Of a stretch of 64,000 nucleotides of DNA, positions 1-12,775 are shown piece after piece. This stretch comes from the human T2T-CHM13v2.0 reference genome, Homo sapiens. The notes beneath the pieces were generated by a model. The model did not search any database. It was not told the DNA's origin and saw nothing but the letters and a program-made list of their open reading frames with translations. The number at the start of each line of letters is the position of its first letter. The first letter of the stretch is position 1. The DNA lies in assembly GCF_009914755.1 (NCBI RefSeq), contig NC_060928.1, one strand, 5' to 3'. The position numbers and the translations under genes were made by a program.

Positions 1-1159
1 ATATAGGAGTTAAGTTTTATTTTTAAAATATGGATCTGACTGATCTAGCACCATTTGTGAAGCCAGTTTTCCCCCCACTGAACTGCAATGGTGCCTTTGT
101 TATAAATCAAGTGATTATGATAAATGAGTTTGTTTCTAGACTCAATTTTTTGCCATTGATCAAGTTGATTATTCTTATGTTGATAACACATTGTCTAAAT
201 TATTTTAGCTTTTTATCAAGTCTTGATATCTGGCGGTATGGGTCCTCTCCTTGTTCTTCAAAGAACTCCCATAGTCTAAAGGTCAAAGTACAAACTTCTT
301 TTTAAATAAGACTCTCTTTTTCATTTCGGAGTTCAAGGTTTTACAAATAACTAGGGCATTTCATACCTGCAATAGGAGGCATTCAATAAATTTATGTTGA
401 CATGAATTAGGTTGGAATATGACTTCTTAGGAGTCCTTGCAGCAATAAAAACCAAAATAAAACAGTGACATGACCTCTTCATATTCTTACTATGAAATTG
501 GAAGATGTAGATATTTATCATAAAAAGTTAGTGCCACTTTTTACAAAAGTCTCATGACATGGGGAAAGGTAAGCAAGATGTTGATGAAGATTGTGTTACT
601 TGAAAGTCCCTTAAAAAGAGGATCACCTTCCTATTACCAAACCATATAAGCATCAGAGGAGAAGGAAATAAGAGAGAAAAGAAAGGGAATTTGTTTTAGA
701 TGACATTTTTGCCTCTTGCCTTCTTCCTGCCATGGAATTTTCAGACTAGTTATGAATGGTTCTCAGAGCCTACTGCTTTAACATCCTCTATACAGTTAGT
801 TTTAGAGAAGTTCAACTTTTCAAAGGCTACTACAGAGAGAGAAGAGAGGAAGGCAGTCTGTAAAGTTATCTAATCCATGGTTTTGCTAGTGCTGCTTAAA
901 TTGCTTTGGCAGGAATATCAGTATATTTCGTGGTTGGAAAAGAATTTTTTTGTGTGTAGCAAAGGCAATCATTTTCAAGTATGCCTGCCAAGTTCTACAA
1001 CACAGAAATGATTGGTTAACACTCTGAATTATGATTTAGTGCTATCTGATGAGAAGGCAAAAAAAAAGGGGGCCTTAAAGATGTTTTGCTAGGTCTCTCT
1101 AAATATTCTCTATACTTTGATTTTCATAAGTACACATTTAACTCTAGTCTTGAAAATAC

Positions 1160-1352
1160 CTTTACTTTGGCTTTTTTTTGAGCCTCCAGGGCAATCTTCC
1201 TTAAACTCTCAGTCTCTTTCCGTAACTGTTTATTTTCTTGCTGAAGTTTTAGCCTTTGTTCACTGACAAGCCCACAGTTCTCTCTCTCAGACTCCAATAC
1301 ATTTTGAAGTTTCTGAATCATTTCTTGGTAACGTGATATTTCTTCTGAGGAG
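1160..1352 (-). CDS. SCLT1: SCLT1 exon ~17 (193 nt): (D)SSEEISRYQEMIQKLQNVLESERENCGLVSEQRLKLQQENKQLRKETESLRKIALEAQKKAKVK
   Basis: Acceptor taatcag|CTCCTC, donor GTAAAG|gtattt; overlaps ORF 1124..1321. Confidence 0.96.
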
Positions 1353-2789
1353 CTGATTAAAAAACGAAATGAAAAGAATCCTTAAACTTAATGATCTATA
1401 GTAGAAGATAAAAGTCTGTCTACATTTTATCACATGGACTTTTGTTTGCTTTATTCTGAGCCATTTCTTTCCACTTTAGACTGAAACTATGTGGTTTCAA
1501 AATGTTATGTTATACCAGGCAAATACATTCAACTTAAATATATTCAAATTTTAACTAAGAACAGATGAATTGAACTGTTATCACTTATCTAGAAAATCAA
1601 TGTGAGACTTCTTTCAAATTTGTACTAACATTAAGAATCACTGTGTATGGAGAACTTCAAGGAAATGAACTGAAGCAACAAAAAAAGGATGAAGCGGATA
1701 ATAACCAAAACTCCTTTACTTAATCAATAAACTCCATGGACTAACACAATAGCTGACTATATTACTAAATTATAAAATCTACTTTTATATTTTTCCATTA
1801 TATGTCTTAGAAATACTTTTTATAAACTTCTAGTTCTGTAAACTTCTTGTTTTATCATAGGTTAAACGGATTATATTTCCTGAACTGTCTCAACAATGGA
1901 CCACTGATCACTGGGTGAGACAACCTCTATACATTAATGTTGCTTCAAATCAATATACTGCTAATTTTTATTCCTATCTTTTAAAACTTCCATCTTTTCA
2001 ATAACAGATAAGCACTGTGAACATTCCCTGGTTAATAGGTTTCACAGGGAATTGTATGGAAATGCTACTAATATTGTGAAAGTTTAAGAAAACTACTAGT
2101 TAAAAGTATTTTGCAAGCAGAAAAATACTTAAAATTCTTAAAATAAAGAAGCAACTTTGACCTGGTGGCAGTTTTACCACCATGAACCACTCCTTCTGTC
2201 CTATTTTGGCATGCTGACCTGCCCATATCTGCCAGTGCTTTGGGTGAACACAGTTAGTGACTGATTTTCTTTGATCTCTACCTCTGCCTTTCTAGATCTT
2301 TGCTTCCCCAGCAACTCCCACATTCTTGTAAACTGTTTCCTACATTAAATCCTTTATTCCCGCAATACTCATAGTCTTTTTTCTGTCTAAACCTAGGCTG
2401 ATAAAGTTCCTAATAAAATGACATATCTAGGGAATGATAATAAAAGGATGCTAACATCAGAAGATGCTGAGATCAGAAACAACCACAGATTGTAAGCCTC
2501 CTAATAGACGTCCACAATATCATCATCTATGAAGAATTCTTCCAAAAACAACAACAACAAAAAAAGAAAGCTAGACCAGATCAAGCCTCTGGGTCTAATT
2601 GCTAGTTTTTAGGAATTACATGAGACAGAGTAAATAGCATCAATATACAGGCATGTAGTGGAGGAAACTCTACATTACTAAGAACTCAGTTTTTAAAACA
2701 AATTATTTGCAACAACAACAAAAATACAGAAAAGGGGATTCCCAGAGATTAAAGGAGATGCAAGACTACAGCACTCCAAACATTCCTGA

Positions 2790-3500
2790 AATTAGAAATG
2801 GACAAGAGAACTCGCACTCAAGAGAAACCCTTTAAATGAAGTAACTAAGAAAAAAGTTCATCAAATATACTTTAAAGCACATATGAAAACTTAGGAGAAA
2901 AACTCTTTGTATGTGGAGAATGTGGGAAAGCCTTCATTAATTCCTCCTGTCTTGATGAACGCGTAAGAACTGATACTGAGGAGAAGAACTCTGCTTATAA
3001 AAAGAATGCATGGGAGCCTTTAGTCATTTCTCATTTCCTTAATGAAAGAAAAGGACTCATATTGGAAAGAAGCCTGGTAAATCTAAAGAAGATGGGTTAA
3101 TCCTTATCCTTCACTCAACCTTCAAAATTTATCCTGGAGAGAAGCTTTTTGAAAGTAAGGAACATGGGAAGGTCTTTTACCCAGTCCTCGCACCTTATTC
3201 TATGTTTACACCCTTTAGGAAATATGTGAGAGTTCACCCTGGATAATAGCTTTATGAATATAAGGAACACAAAGAAGACTTCGATATCTCCTTTTACTGT
3301 ACACACGCAAAATACTCATAATGCAGAGACACCATGTGAATTAAAACAAATGCAGGAATGCTTTTATTCAATACTCCTCCCTTAAGAGACATATGGATAT
3401 ACACATTGGAGAGAAACCCCGTGAATGTATGGTATTGGGAAAAGCCTTCATGTGTGATACTTCTCTTAGTACATACAAGATTTATGCTGGAATAAACCAG
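2790..3500 (+). pseudogene. Decayed C2H2 (Kruppel-type) zinc-finger array fragment, antisense to SCLT1
   Basis: Translates in pieces as CGECGKAFINSSCLDERVRTDTEEK (from 2912) and KCRNAFIQYSSLKRHMDIHIGEKPREC (~3348-3428); repeated GEKP-like linkers with stops and frameshifts. Confidence 0.8.
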
Positions 3501-4170
3501 CTCCTCCTGCAGGTTTGATCTGGAAGTAATCATATGAGCAGATTATCTGAAAAGGTTATTGAAAATTACACATATATTTATTAAACAAATTTGCAAGATC
3601 TCTTACTAAAAAAAATCTTTATTAATTTAGGTATTAGTATTTAATTAAAAATATATTTTGAACACATATAGAGATTGTGATTTTAGGCAATTCAAATAAG
3701 AAAATTTTGCTATATTAGGTAATACCGTCGGGGTGGGGAGGTAGAAAAATAAAATGGTATGTCAAATTATGACTTTATCATTTTATAGATAATAAAATAT
3801 ACAAGATGGATCATTATAGAATATTCACTATAACAAGAAATACACTAAGTACAGGTAGTATAAAAGAATATAAGCAAGCTACTATAATAGCTGCACAATT
3901 GGTACAAAGACAACAATATTATAAACATCCTATTTAACTGCCAGAAAGGATACATTTAAAAGAAAATGGTATGCTACTGTTAAATCTTTTCTTCCTGCAG
4001 AAATTCGCTTTCAGAAATAATCTTGAATAAAATTATATTTGGTCCTAATTGTTTTTTTCAACATAAGATATATTGTAAGTCCTACCAAAAAAAAGAAAAG
4101 GTAGCGAATCTGTCAAAAATTGTGTGAATTCTGAAGATGTTATCATAGAAAATCCAAAAGAAAAACTTAC

Positions 4171-4316
4171 TCAGTTTCAAGTTGTTTTATTCTATTTTCT
4201 GCTCTCGTAAGTCTTAGCTGAAGATCATCTTTTGAACGCTCTGAAACCAGGAATCTTTGGTGCATTTCTTCCAGTTTTCTGTAATCACACTCATTTCCTC
4301 TGCCTTCACGGTAAAT
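4171..4316 (-). CDS. SCLT1: SCLT1 exon ~16 (146 nt): IYREGRGNECDYRKLEEMHQRFLVSERSKDDLQLRLTRAENRIKQLET(D)
   Basis: Acceptor ttttctgcag|ATTTAC, donor AACTGA|gtaagt. Confidence 0.95.
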
Positions 4317-4524
4317 CTGCAGAAAAGGCTTATTAGGTATATAATATTACAGAAGAAACTGTCTTAATAAACAGTTTAGAAACAGAAATCAATGGAAGAA
4401 ATAAAAAGCCATGATTATGTGTTCATTTGTTCTGACCGTAACATATGAAACATATCAATAATTAAATCTGGTTCTGTCACATTTACAAAATAAAATGCTA
4501 AAAACTAATATATAAAATAATAAT

Positions 4525-4743
4525 AGTTTTGAGACCAGCCTGGGCAACATAGCAAGACCCTGTCATCTAAAAAAAGTATTAAAAAATTAGCTGGGCATGG
4601 TGGCTCACACTTGCAGTCCCAGCTATTAGGGAGGCTCAGGTAGGAGGATCCTTGAGCCCAGGAGATCGAGGCTGCAGTGAGCCATGATCATGTCCACTGT
4701 ACTCCAGTCTGGATAATCGGGCAAGACCTTGTCTCTTAAAAAA
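4525..4743 (+). mobile_element. 5'-truncated old Alu (AluJ-like)
   Basis: gagaccagcctgggcaacatagcaagaccc…ttgagcccaggag…gaggctgcagtgagccatgat. Confidence 0.85.
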
Positions 4744-6259
4744 TAGAATTTATTTTTTTGGAATTATTCATGCTCATGGTAAACTATGCAATAATACAAA
4801 AATGTAAAGCAGCTGAAGTAAAAATAAATGTCAACTTAGAGATAACCACTGGTGATTCTTTGATGAGTACCGTTCAATACAATCCTCTTTTCCAATATTC
4901 AAAAATAAAGATACATGCCATGGTGCAATAACTAGAACTCTCTGCAAGTGACTCCAGAATCTCACTCTGGGTTACCTGGACAATGATCTAGCTAGGATGG
5001 GGCTTCCCCCTTCCTCGGCAGTGGTGGTTGTACCTAAGCTCAGCTTTCCATGCAATGGGGCTCCCTCTTACAGCACAAGGTCTGTAACATCCTAAGAGAT
5101 CCAAGGTCTCCAGGTGTAAGCAGTTCATACGTTGAAGCAAATCCTGCACACAGCTACCCCCAAAATCTAGACTGCCTGGCCAAGTAACCTGTGTCTTCCC
5201 CACTGACAGGACTGCTTTGTCACTCTCTATAAAAACATGGAGTATCAGCACGTCAACATTCCACTACTGGAATACAGATCTAAGCTGCAGCCCCAGCAGT
5301 ACTTTGACCTTAGAACACTGGTCTGTGGAACAGTGGGAGAATAAGGCGCTGTGCTTTCTCTTTACCTGTTGTCTTTTGCCTTGTAAGTTTTACATTTCCC
5401 CAAAAGCCTTTTCCTTAACCTTTGCCATGTGATGTTAAAACATTCATCCCAAACCCTGATGTGTAACAGGTGGCAATCTAAATGGAAATTGTACGCAGAT
5501 GGAAACTCAGAAGGGACCCACCTTGCAGGAGAGTGGTAACCAAAAGTCCTATTTTGAACACATGTATTTTTTTTTTCACAAATGGAATTGTACATTATGT
5601 TTTGCTTTGTGTATTACTCTTTTACTGATGTCATAATTTTTTCATGTTCATAATAGATATAGACCATAATTTTTACGCTACATAGCTCTCCTTTGAAAAT
5701 CAAACTCTGACTCTACCATTTACCACTTTTTAACATTGGGTAAGTTACTTAACCTCTCTATGAAAGTTCTTAGTGCAGCACCTAAAACACAGTAAGTGCT
5801 CAATCAAATTTGGCCTCCTTTTCTTTTCCCAAGGTACTTTACAAGAGCAGGATATTACTGCTAATAAAAAAGCATATGAAAGAGATGAATTTTAAACTAT
5901 GGAGTTCTCCCTATAGTTTTTCTGAAATATCACGGGGGTAAATATTCTTCCTAAGTGTGAAATTAAAATCTGTACTTCTAAAAGGTAAAAATCATAGCAA
6001 TGCTATAATTTTCTGGTTATATATACTTGTTTTATTTATAGATGGCCTAAGCACCATAAGAGCTAACATAAAACTCAAAAAGAAAGGAAAGACAAAGTGA
6101 AATTTCGTAGGATGAGGTTTAAGCAAGAAATATAACTACTTCACAAAATTTATATCTTTAAGTACAAAGTTCAAAGAATACAGCCGCCCTTGGAAAAGAA
6201 TTGTATCCAGGCAACATCAGTATTTAACTGTAGACTCTGAATATATTTAAGAAAAGTGT

Positions 6260-6628
<369 letters not shown>

Positions 6629-6659
6629 TTAGGTAGTTATATTTCCTTTTTCTTTTTAC

Positions 6660-6734
6660 CTTTTCTAGTTCTTCTTCCACTGCTTTTTTTTCCTTAATGA
6701 CTCGTTCAATTTGGCCTTGTTTTTCAGCACACTC
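6660..6734 (-). CDS. SCLT1: SCLT1 exon ~15 (75 nt): ECAEKQGQIERVIKEKKAVEEELEK
   Basis: Acceptor tttatag|GAGTGT, donor GAAAAG|gtaaaa. Confidence 0.95.
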
Positions 6735-7542
6735 CTATAAATTCAAGTCATATTGTAAATATATACATTTGGTAACATCTTAAGAAAAGTGGGGAAAAAT
6801 TATAATTTGTTCATAATGGGAATATCATAGTTATCAACACAAGTTTAAGGTTATATTGATTAAAAACAAAACAAAACTCAATATTTGAAGAGCAACCTAA
6901 CCCAGGATTGCAGAAATTGCCTCCAGCAGTAGGATGCCAAGGAGTTCTAATTAAACAGACTGAGGTTGGGGGATTCCAGGGAGAAAAAAATAAATAGAAC
7001 CCCTTTCTCATACTATAGATTTTCTTTTCATATACTCTTATCAAGTATTTTGAAAAGGGAACATAGAACCAGATAGTGGCACAAAACCCTCAGGGATAAC
7101 CTATGGCCTAAAGGATATGTGGGTGTATAAATTCTAAAAAAGTTAACTTTTTTCTTTACAAAAATTACAGCCAACAGAAATACTAAAAATATTTTATTAG
7201 CATGAACATAAAGTATTTCTGCTCAAAAGATTTTACTCTGTATTTAGCAAGCATATCAATTAGATAATAAAATTTAACATTTTGCTAATGCACCTAAAAC
7301 AAAAAAATCATAATTATTAGTTCTTCACAATTATTTGTATTTATACATTTATTCTGGAGAATGGGTAATGTGTATGGCTTGTTTTTTTTTTTTTTTTTTC
7401 GTGAGACAGGTGCACATGTGTATGTTAATAGGACAGTAATCAGTGCAGGGGGAGGTCATCTCTGCCCCACCCTGTTTGCGACCCACTAAGGCTGGCCTCC
7501 ACTGCAGAGTGCCCCTCATTCTGTGCATTTGCATTTCTGTCC

Positions 7543-7990
7543 CTTTTTTTTAATTGTTATACTTTAAGTTTTAGGGTACATGTGCACAACGTGAAGGTTT
7601 GTTACATATGTATACGTGTGCCATGTTGGTGTGCTGCACCCATTAACTCATCATTTAGCATTAGGTATATCTCCTAATGCTATCCCTCCCCTCTCCCCCT
7701 ACCCCACAACAGTCCCTGGTGTGTGATGTTCCCCTTCCTGTGTCCATGTGTTCTCATTGTTCGATTCCCACCTATAAGTGAGAACATGCGGTGTTTGGTT
7801 TTTTGTACTTGTGATAGTTTGCTGAGAATGATGGTTTCCAGCTTCATCCATGTCCCTACAAAGGACATGAACTCATCCTTTTTTATGGCTGTATAGTATT
7901 CCATGGTGTATATGTGCCACATTTTGTTAATCCAGTCTATCATTGTTGGACATTTGGGTTGGTTCCAAGTCTTTGCTATTGTGAATAGTG
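7543..7990 (-). mobile_element. 5'-truncated L1PA (L1PA3/4-like) 3' end
   Basis: Reverse-strand L1 3'UTR (tatactttaagttttagggtacatgtgcacaac…) and ORF2 C-terminus (ORF 7680..7943 MWHIYTMEYY…). Confidence 0.93.
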
Positions 7991-10932
7991 GGGTATGGCT
8001 TTTTTTCCTCTTTTTTTTTTTTTCCCCTAATTGTGAATCATGCTTTGGAGGAACCCACTTTGCTAACTGTACACTACGTACTAATGATGTTCAATTATTT
8101 TATAGAAGAAGTGTATTTCAATATGTTTTTAAATTTTAAAGTAAGCTTCTTTGTGACCCAAAATTAATCACCATTGATGATAATGAAGATCTTTAAACCT
8201 GTTACAAATCAGTTGACAAATTTAAATTTAATATCTTTTATTAAGATAGAACCCTGAGTGTATACAAAATGCAACATTAATATTCCACATATTCATATAG
8301 TAAGTTGCTTATCTAGGAGAGGGTAGTTTCAGTGCTAAATTTGGGATTTTACCTACATTCGTAACTCCTCCCATGTGATTTTTAATATATATGTTAATAA
8401 CAAAGTCTGGCTCACACTTCTGGGGCTGGCAAGTGGTATATAAAGAAATGCATGTGTAAGTATGCTTCATATCCCTCTCCACCCAATCCACCATTTCACT
8501 GACAAATGATGATGGCCTAAAGAATATTTGGTTAACCTGGGGGTAAAAAAGGTAAAATGAGACAGCAAAGTTTAAGCCTTTAGAGAGAATTACCATACTA
8601 ATTCTAGTAGAAATGCACTATAATACTAAAGCAAACATTAAAAATTACTATTACAAAGTTTTTAGAGATATTTGCTTATCACCACTGACATGCCTACCTT
8701 TGGGGGAAAATATGACAAAATAATAGATATTTTTTCAGGTACTCATGGAGTATTTCCAAAATAATACTCTATAAAAGAAGTCTCAATACATATTAAGAAC
8801 CAACCATATAGACCATGATCTGTGCTGCCGACCTAACCAAATGAGAAATCAACAATAAAAGACAGTGTAAATCCTCATGTATTTAGAAACTAAAAAAAAG
8901 ACTTCCAAAAAATTCATCCATCAAAGAAAAGATCATAATGAACATTTTATGTTACTTTTGTAAGTTTGAACATTTTATAATTAATTTTCTTATTTGATAT
9001 AGATTAATAGCAATCTGCTACATGGCAGAATAAAACCTTGAATATTCTTAAGATAAACTACACCTTACCAGAGAAAACAAAGGCTGTTAGGTACGTGTTG
9101 GTCTCCAAAGGGAGATATGTAGCTTGAAATATAATGGCTCCGGCTTTTTCTTAATCTATTAAATAATCTGCACACTCATCTAAAATACAAATTTTTCTCC
9201 TTCCTGTGAGCATACCTTAATTTTGGATCAGCAAAAGTATGCATAACTTCCTTCCTGGACTTCATAGTGTAAATAAATAGTATAGATGGATAGTATATTA
9301 TACTAATACTATTAGTCTAGATAGTAAAATTGTTAATAATAGAAAACAATAGCAAGCATCAGGTTATTATGCTTCAAACTGTAGCTTAGATTTTTTGAGA
9401 AAATCTGTCTTAAAGTAGCCAAATATGTTTTCCTTTGAACATATTTTTAACATAATACTTCAAACTTTTCAATTACACAGTATAGTTCTCCCCATAGAAT
9501 CAACATGACTATGAGATGTTTCATATCTTTAGAAAAATCACTTAGCTATGAAGTAGAATTGTTTTACTATAAGAAACACTTTTTGCAATAAACTGAAATT
9601 GTCATTCTTTTTACTCTAAAGTGAGTTTAATATAGCTCTGGTTGTTACACAGCTAACAACGATTTGAAAAATCCCTGGAAGTCTTAGCCAGTCCTTGTTC
9701 CCTTGAGAATACAGAAAGAATGAATATTCATGCCCTTGCAGAGTTTACCATCCATTAAATGATCTTGGACTGGGGTAGTACCCTTCTACTCCTGTTTTTC
9801 CACAAAGATACGAATCTCTTGATAGCTAATCAGCCCATGAAAGAAAACAAGCAAAATAACTGGGTGATAGAAAAGGAAGCAAAACTCCACAACAACAAAA
9901 AATTACATGTCACTAACTGGCCACATTGCATCTCACTAATTTTACTTGATGTTCCTACATTATTAAAATAAGTGACATTAAACAAACAAATACAAAATAA
10001 ATATTCCTTGTTCTATTACATTTGGGACCAATACACAATGATTAAGATCCCGTCATGTGCTCTCCAAAGTTTGTAGAATGGCGAAAGAAAATGTGATCCC
10101 TCTTTCAGAGTGTTTAAATATACCATTCAGTTGATAAACATTTAAAAATATACTCCGCAAAACACTGTACTAGGCAAGCAACAGGGAAAATAAAGGAAGG
10201 CGTAAGACTCTACTATGTTGAGATGCTTACAATCTAATTGCAGAGGTAAGATTTTCATGGAGAGAGACAGAGTGTGTATGCTCAACATATACCTAAAGCA
10301 TGATAGTTATTACAAGATATGATTCATTGCTAAATTTTGTAACAGAGATAAAAAGTGATACAGGGAGTCAGAAAAGATGAAAGTTTGTGAAGTTATAAAC
10401 ATTTTCTCAATTCTTGAAAATTGTTATACTTTTATTCTCCTGTAAGCAAGGTTATTAAATTTCATTACATCAAATCTTCAAGTTAAACTTCTATTTCCAA
10501 TCTCACCTCTAGCCACACAAGTATTCTTTTCCTCTCCCCTCTTGGCCTACTCATTCCTCAGTATTCATTTCTTTCAGGAAGCTTTCTGTATTTCTTCCTT
10601 CCCACTGTTATATATACTTTCTCTTTCTCCTTGGTTTCCCAGATGAACTCAGCATATGATAGGAGCTACAGCTAGCAATAGCATCCTGTGCATTCTCTGT
10701 CAAAGACAGGTAGTTACAGTAAAATGTGATAAATGCCATCTATCTTTCCTGCTAGAACATAAGCCACAAGGCTGCTGCAAACATGTCTATCTGGATTTTC
10801 ACTTTTTTCTTAGCACCTAGCCAGGGCTTGGTTTAATAAGTATCTTTTGAATGAATGAATCCCCAATAGTATATATCTTGGCCTTTAAAATAAGTAATAT
10901 TTGGAAGAAAATATCAGTATAGTCAAACATAC

Positions 10933-11004
10933 CATTTGAAGGGCTGAAAGTTCTTCTGTTAATCGAGAAATTTGTATATTACATTGTTTTTTGGTGTTTG
11001 CAAC
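10933..11004 (-). CDS. SCLT1: SCLT1 exon ~14 (72 nt): VANTKKQCNIQISRLTEELSALQM
   Basis: Acceptor tttacag|GTTGCA, donor CAAATG|gtatgt. Confidence 0.95.
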
Positions 11005-11208
11005 CTGTAAATTAAGACATTTACTCATTATTTGGTTCTAGAATAAAAATGATTAATATCTGATAAAAACACTCAGGATAATAATTTTGATAAAAATAAA
11101 ATTGTAACTTTTAGGGCATAAAAGACAAATAAGCACATAATATATTAAAGAGCCAAGAATTTGCCATGAAAGTGGAAGGAGAGTGAATAGAATGGTATAT
11201 CCAAAAGG

Positions 11209-11673
11209 ACCGTGGTTGTCAAACATTTTGGTCATAGGATGCTTTTACCCACAATTAAAAAAAAGATCTTTTGCTTATAATGGGTTCTATGAAAATCTAC
11301 CATATTAGAAATGAAAACAGAAAATTTAAAGACATTTACCTACTAATCTCTTAAAAAGTAATTTCTTACCGATTAACCTGAACAATATTTTTATAAGAAA
11401 TAAGTATATTCTCCAAAACTAAAAATTTTTGAGAAGAGTAGCATTTTTAAAATACTTTTGCAAATTTCCTTAATGTCTGGCTGAATAGAAGCTAGATTCT
11501 GATATCTCCTTCTGTATCAACCTATTGTGTTGTCACATATCATACAGCCTCTGGAAAACAACACTGCACACGTGTGAGAGAATGACTGAAAAAGGCAGAT
11601 GATGTCTTAACTACAATTATAGAAGTAGGTGTGACCTTGTGGCCTCTCTGAACAATATTTTTGAGAACTGCTG
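11209..11673. mobile_element. hAT-Charlie-like DNA transposon remnant
   Basis: TIR-like ends (ccgtggttgtcaaac… / …ttgagaactgctg) and Charlie1-like internal sequence (gagaagagtagcattt…ttaatgtctggctgaatagaag); subfamily from memory. Confidence 0.55.
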
Positions 11674-11713
11674 CTATAAAGCAAGTCAAAATTTAATTAA
11701 TAACTTCTAAGGT

Positions 11714-12063
<350 letters not shown>

Positions 12064-12482
12064 TTACTTTTACATATGAAGATATTTAAATTAACATTTA
12101 ATAACATTTAATAAGTAACATTTAATAAAATTTAATTAACATTTAAATATCTTCAGAAAGAAGACTATTAATGTGCACAGAGCATTTTGAAGAGTTAGTC
12201 ACATCTCATCAGGATTTCGCTATGACAATAAATTTTTCTAATAACTATTCATGCTTTTTAAAAGGACTGTGAAGAATACTGATGCCAATAGTATATCATC
12301 AGTAAATTTTATGATCTAAAGGTCTTCGAGAATTTTCTAGTACAAGATGGACTATTTTGAAAATATGATGTAAACTTTGTTTAGAACATTTACAATACTG
12401 CCATGTACTTTATATGGTTAATTAATATGAGTGTTATCTTTTTGAAGACCTGCCAAGCATATTATTTCTGGGTCTATTTTAG

Positions 12483-12775
12483 TTTTTTTTTTTTTTTTTG
12501 AGACAGAGTCTCGCTCTGTTGCCCAGGCTGGAGTGCAGGGTCGTGATCTCAGCTCACGGCAAGCCCCGCCTCCTGGGTTCACACCATTCTCCTGCCTCAG
12601 CCTCCAGCTGGGACTACAGGCACCTGCCACCACATCCAGCTAATTTTTTGTATTTTTAGTAGAGACGGGGTTTCACCGTGTTAGCCAGGATGGTCTCAGT
12701 CTCCTGACCTCGTGATCTGCCCACCTCGGCCTCCCAAAGTGCTGGGATTACAGGCGTGAGCCACCGTGCCCGGCC
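12483..12775 (-). mobile_element. AluY (reverse)
   Basis: poly-T followed by reverse-complement AluY ending …cccggcc; small internal deletion. Confidence 0.92.

Noticed and set aside
4990-5530. GC-richer LTR-like segments (also ~16420-16840 and ~32350-32850)
   Set aside because: Probably old LTR relics, but I cannot assign family or boundaries reliably
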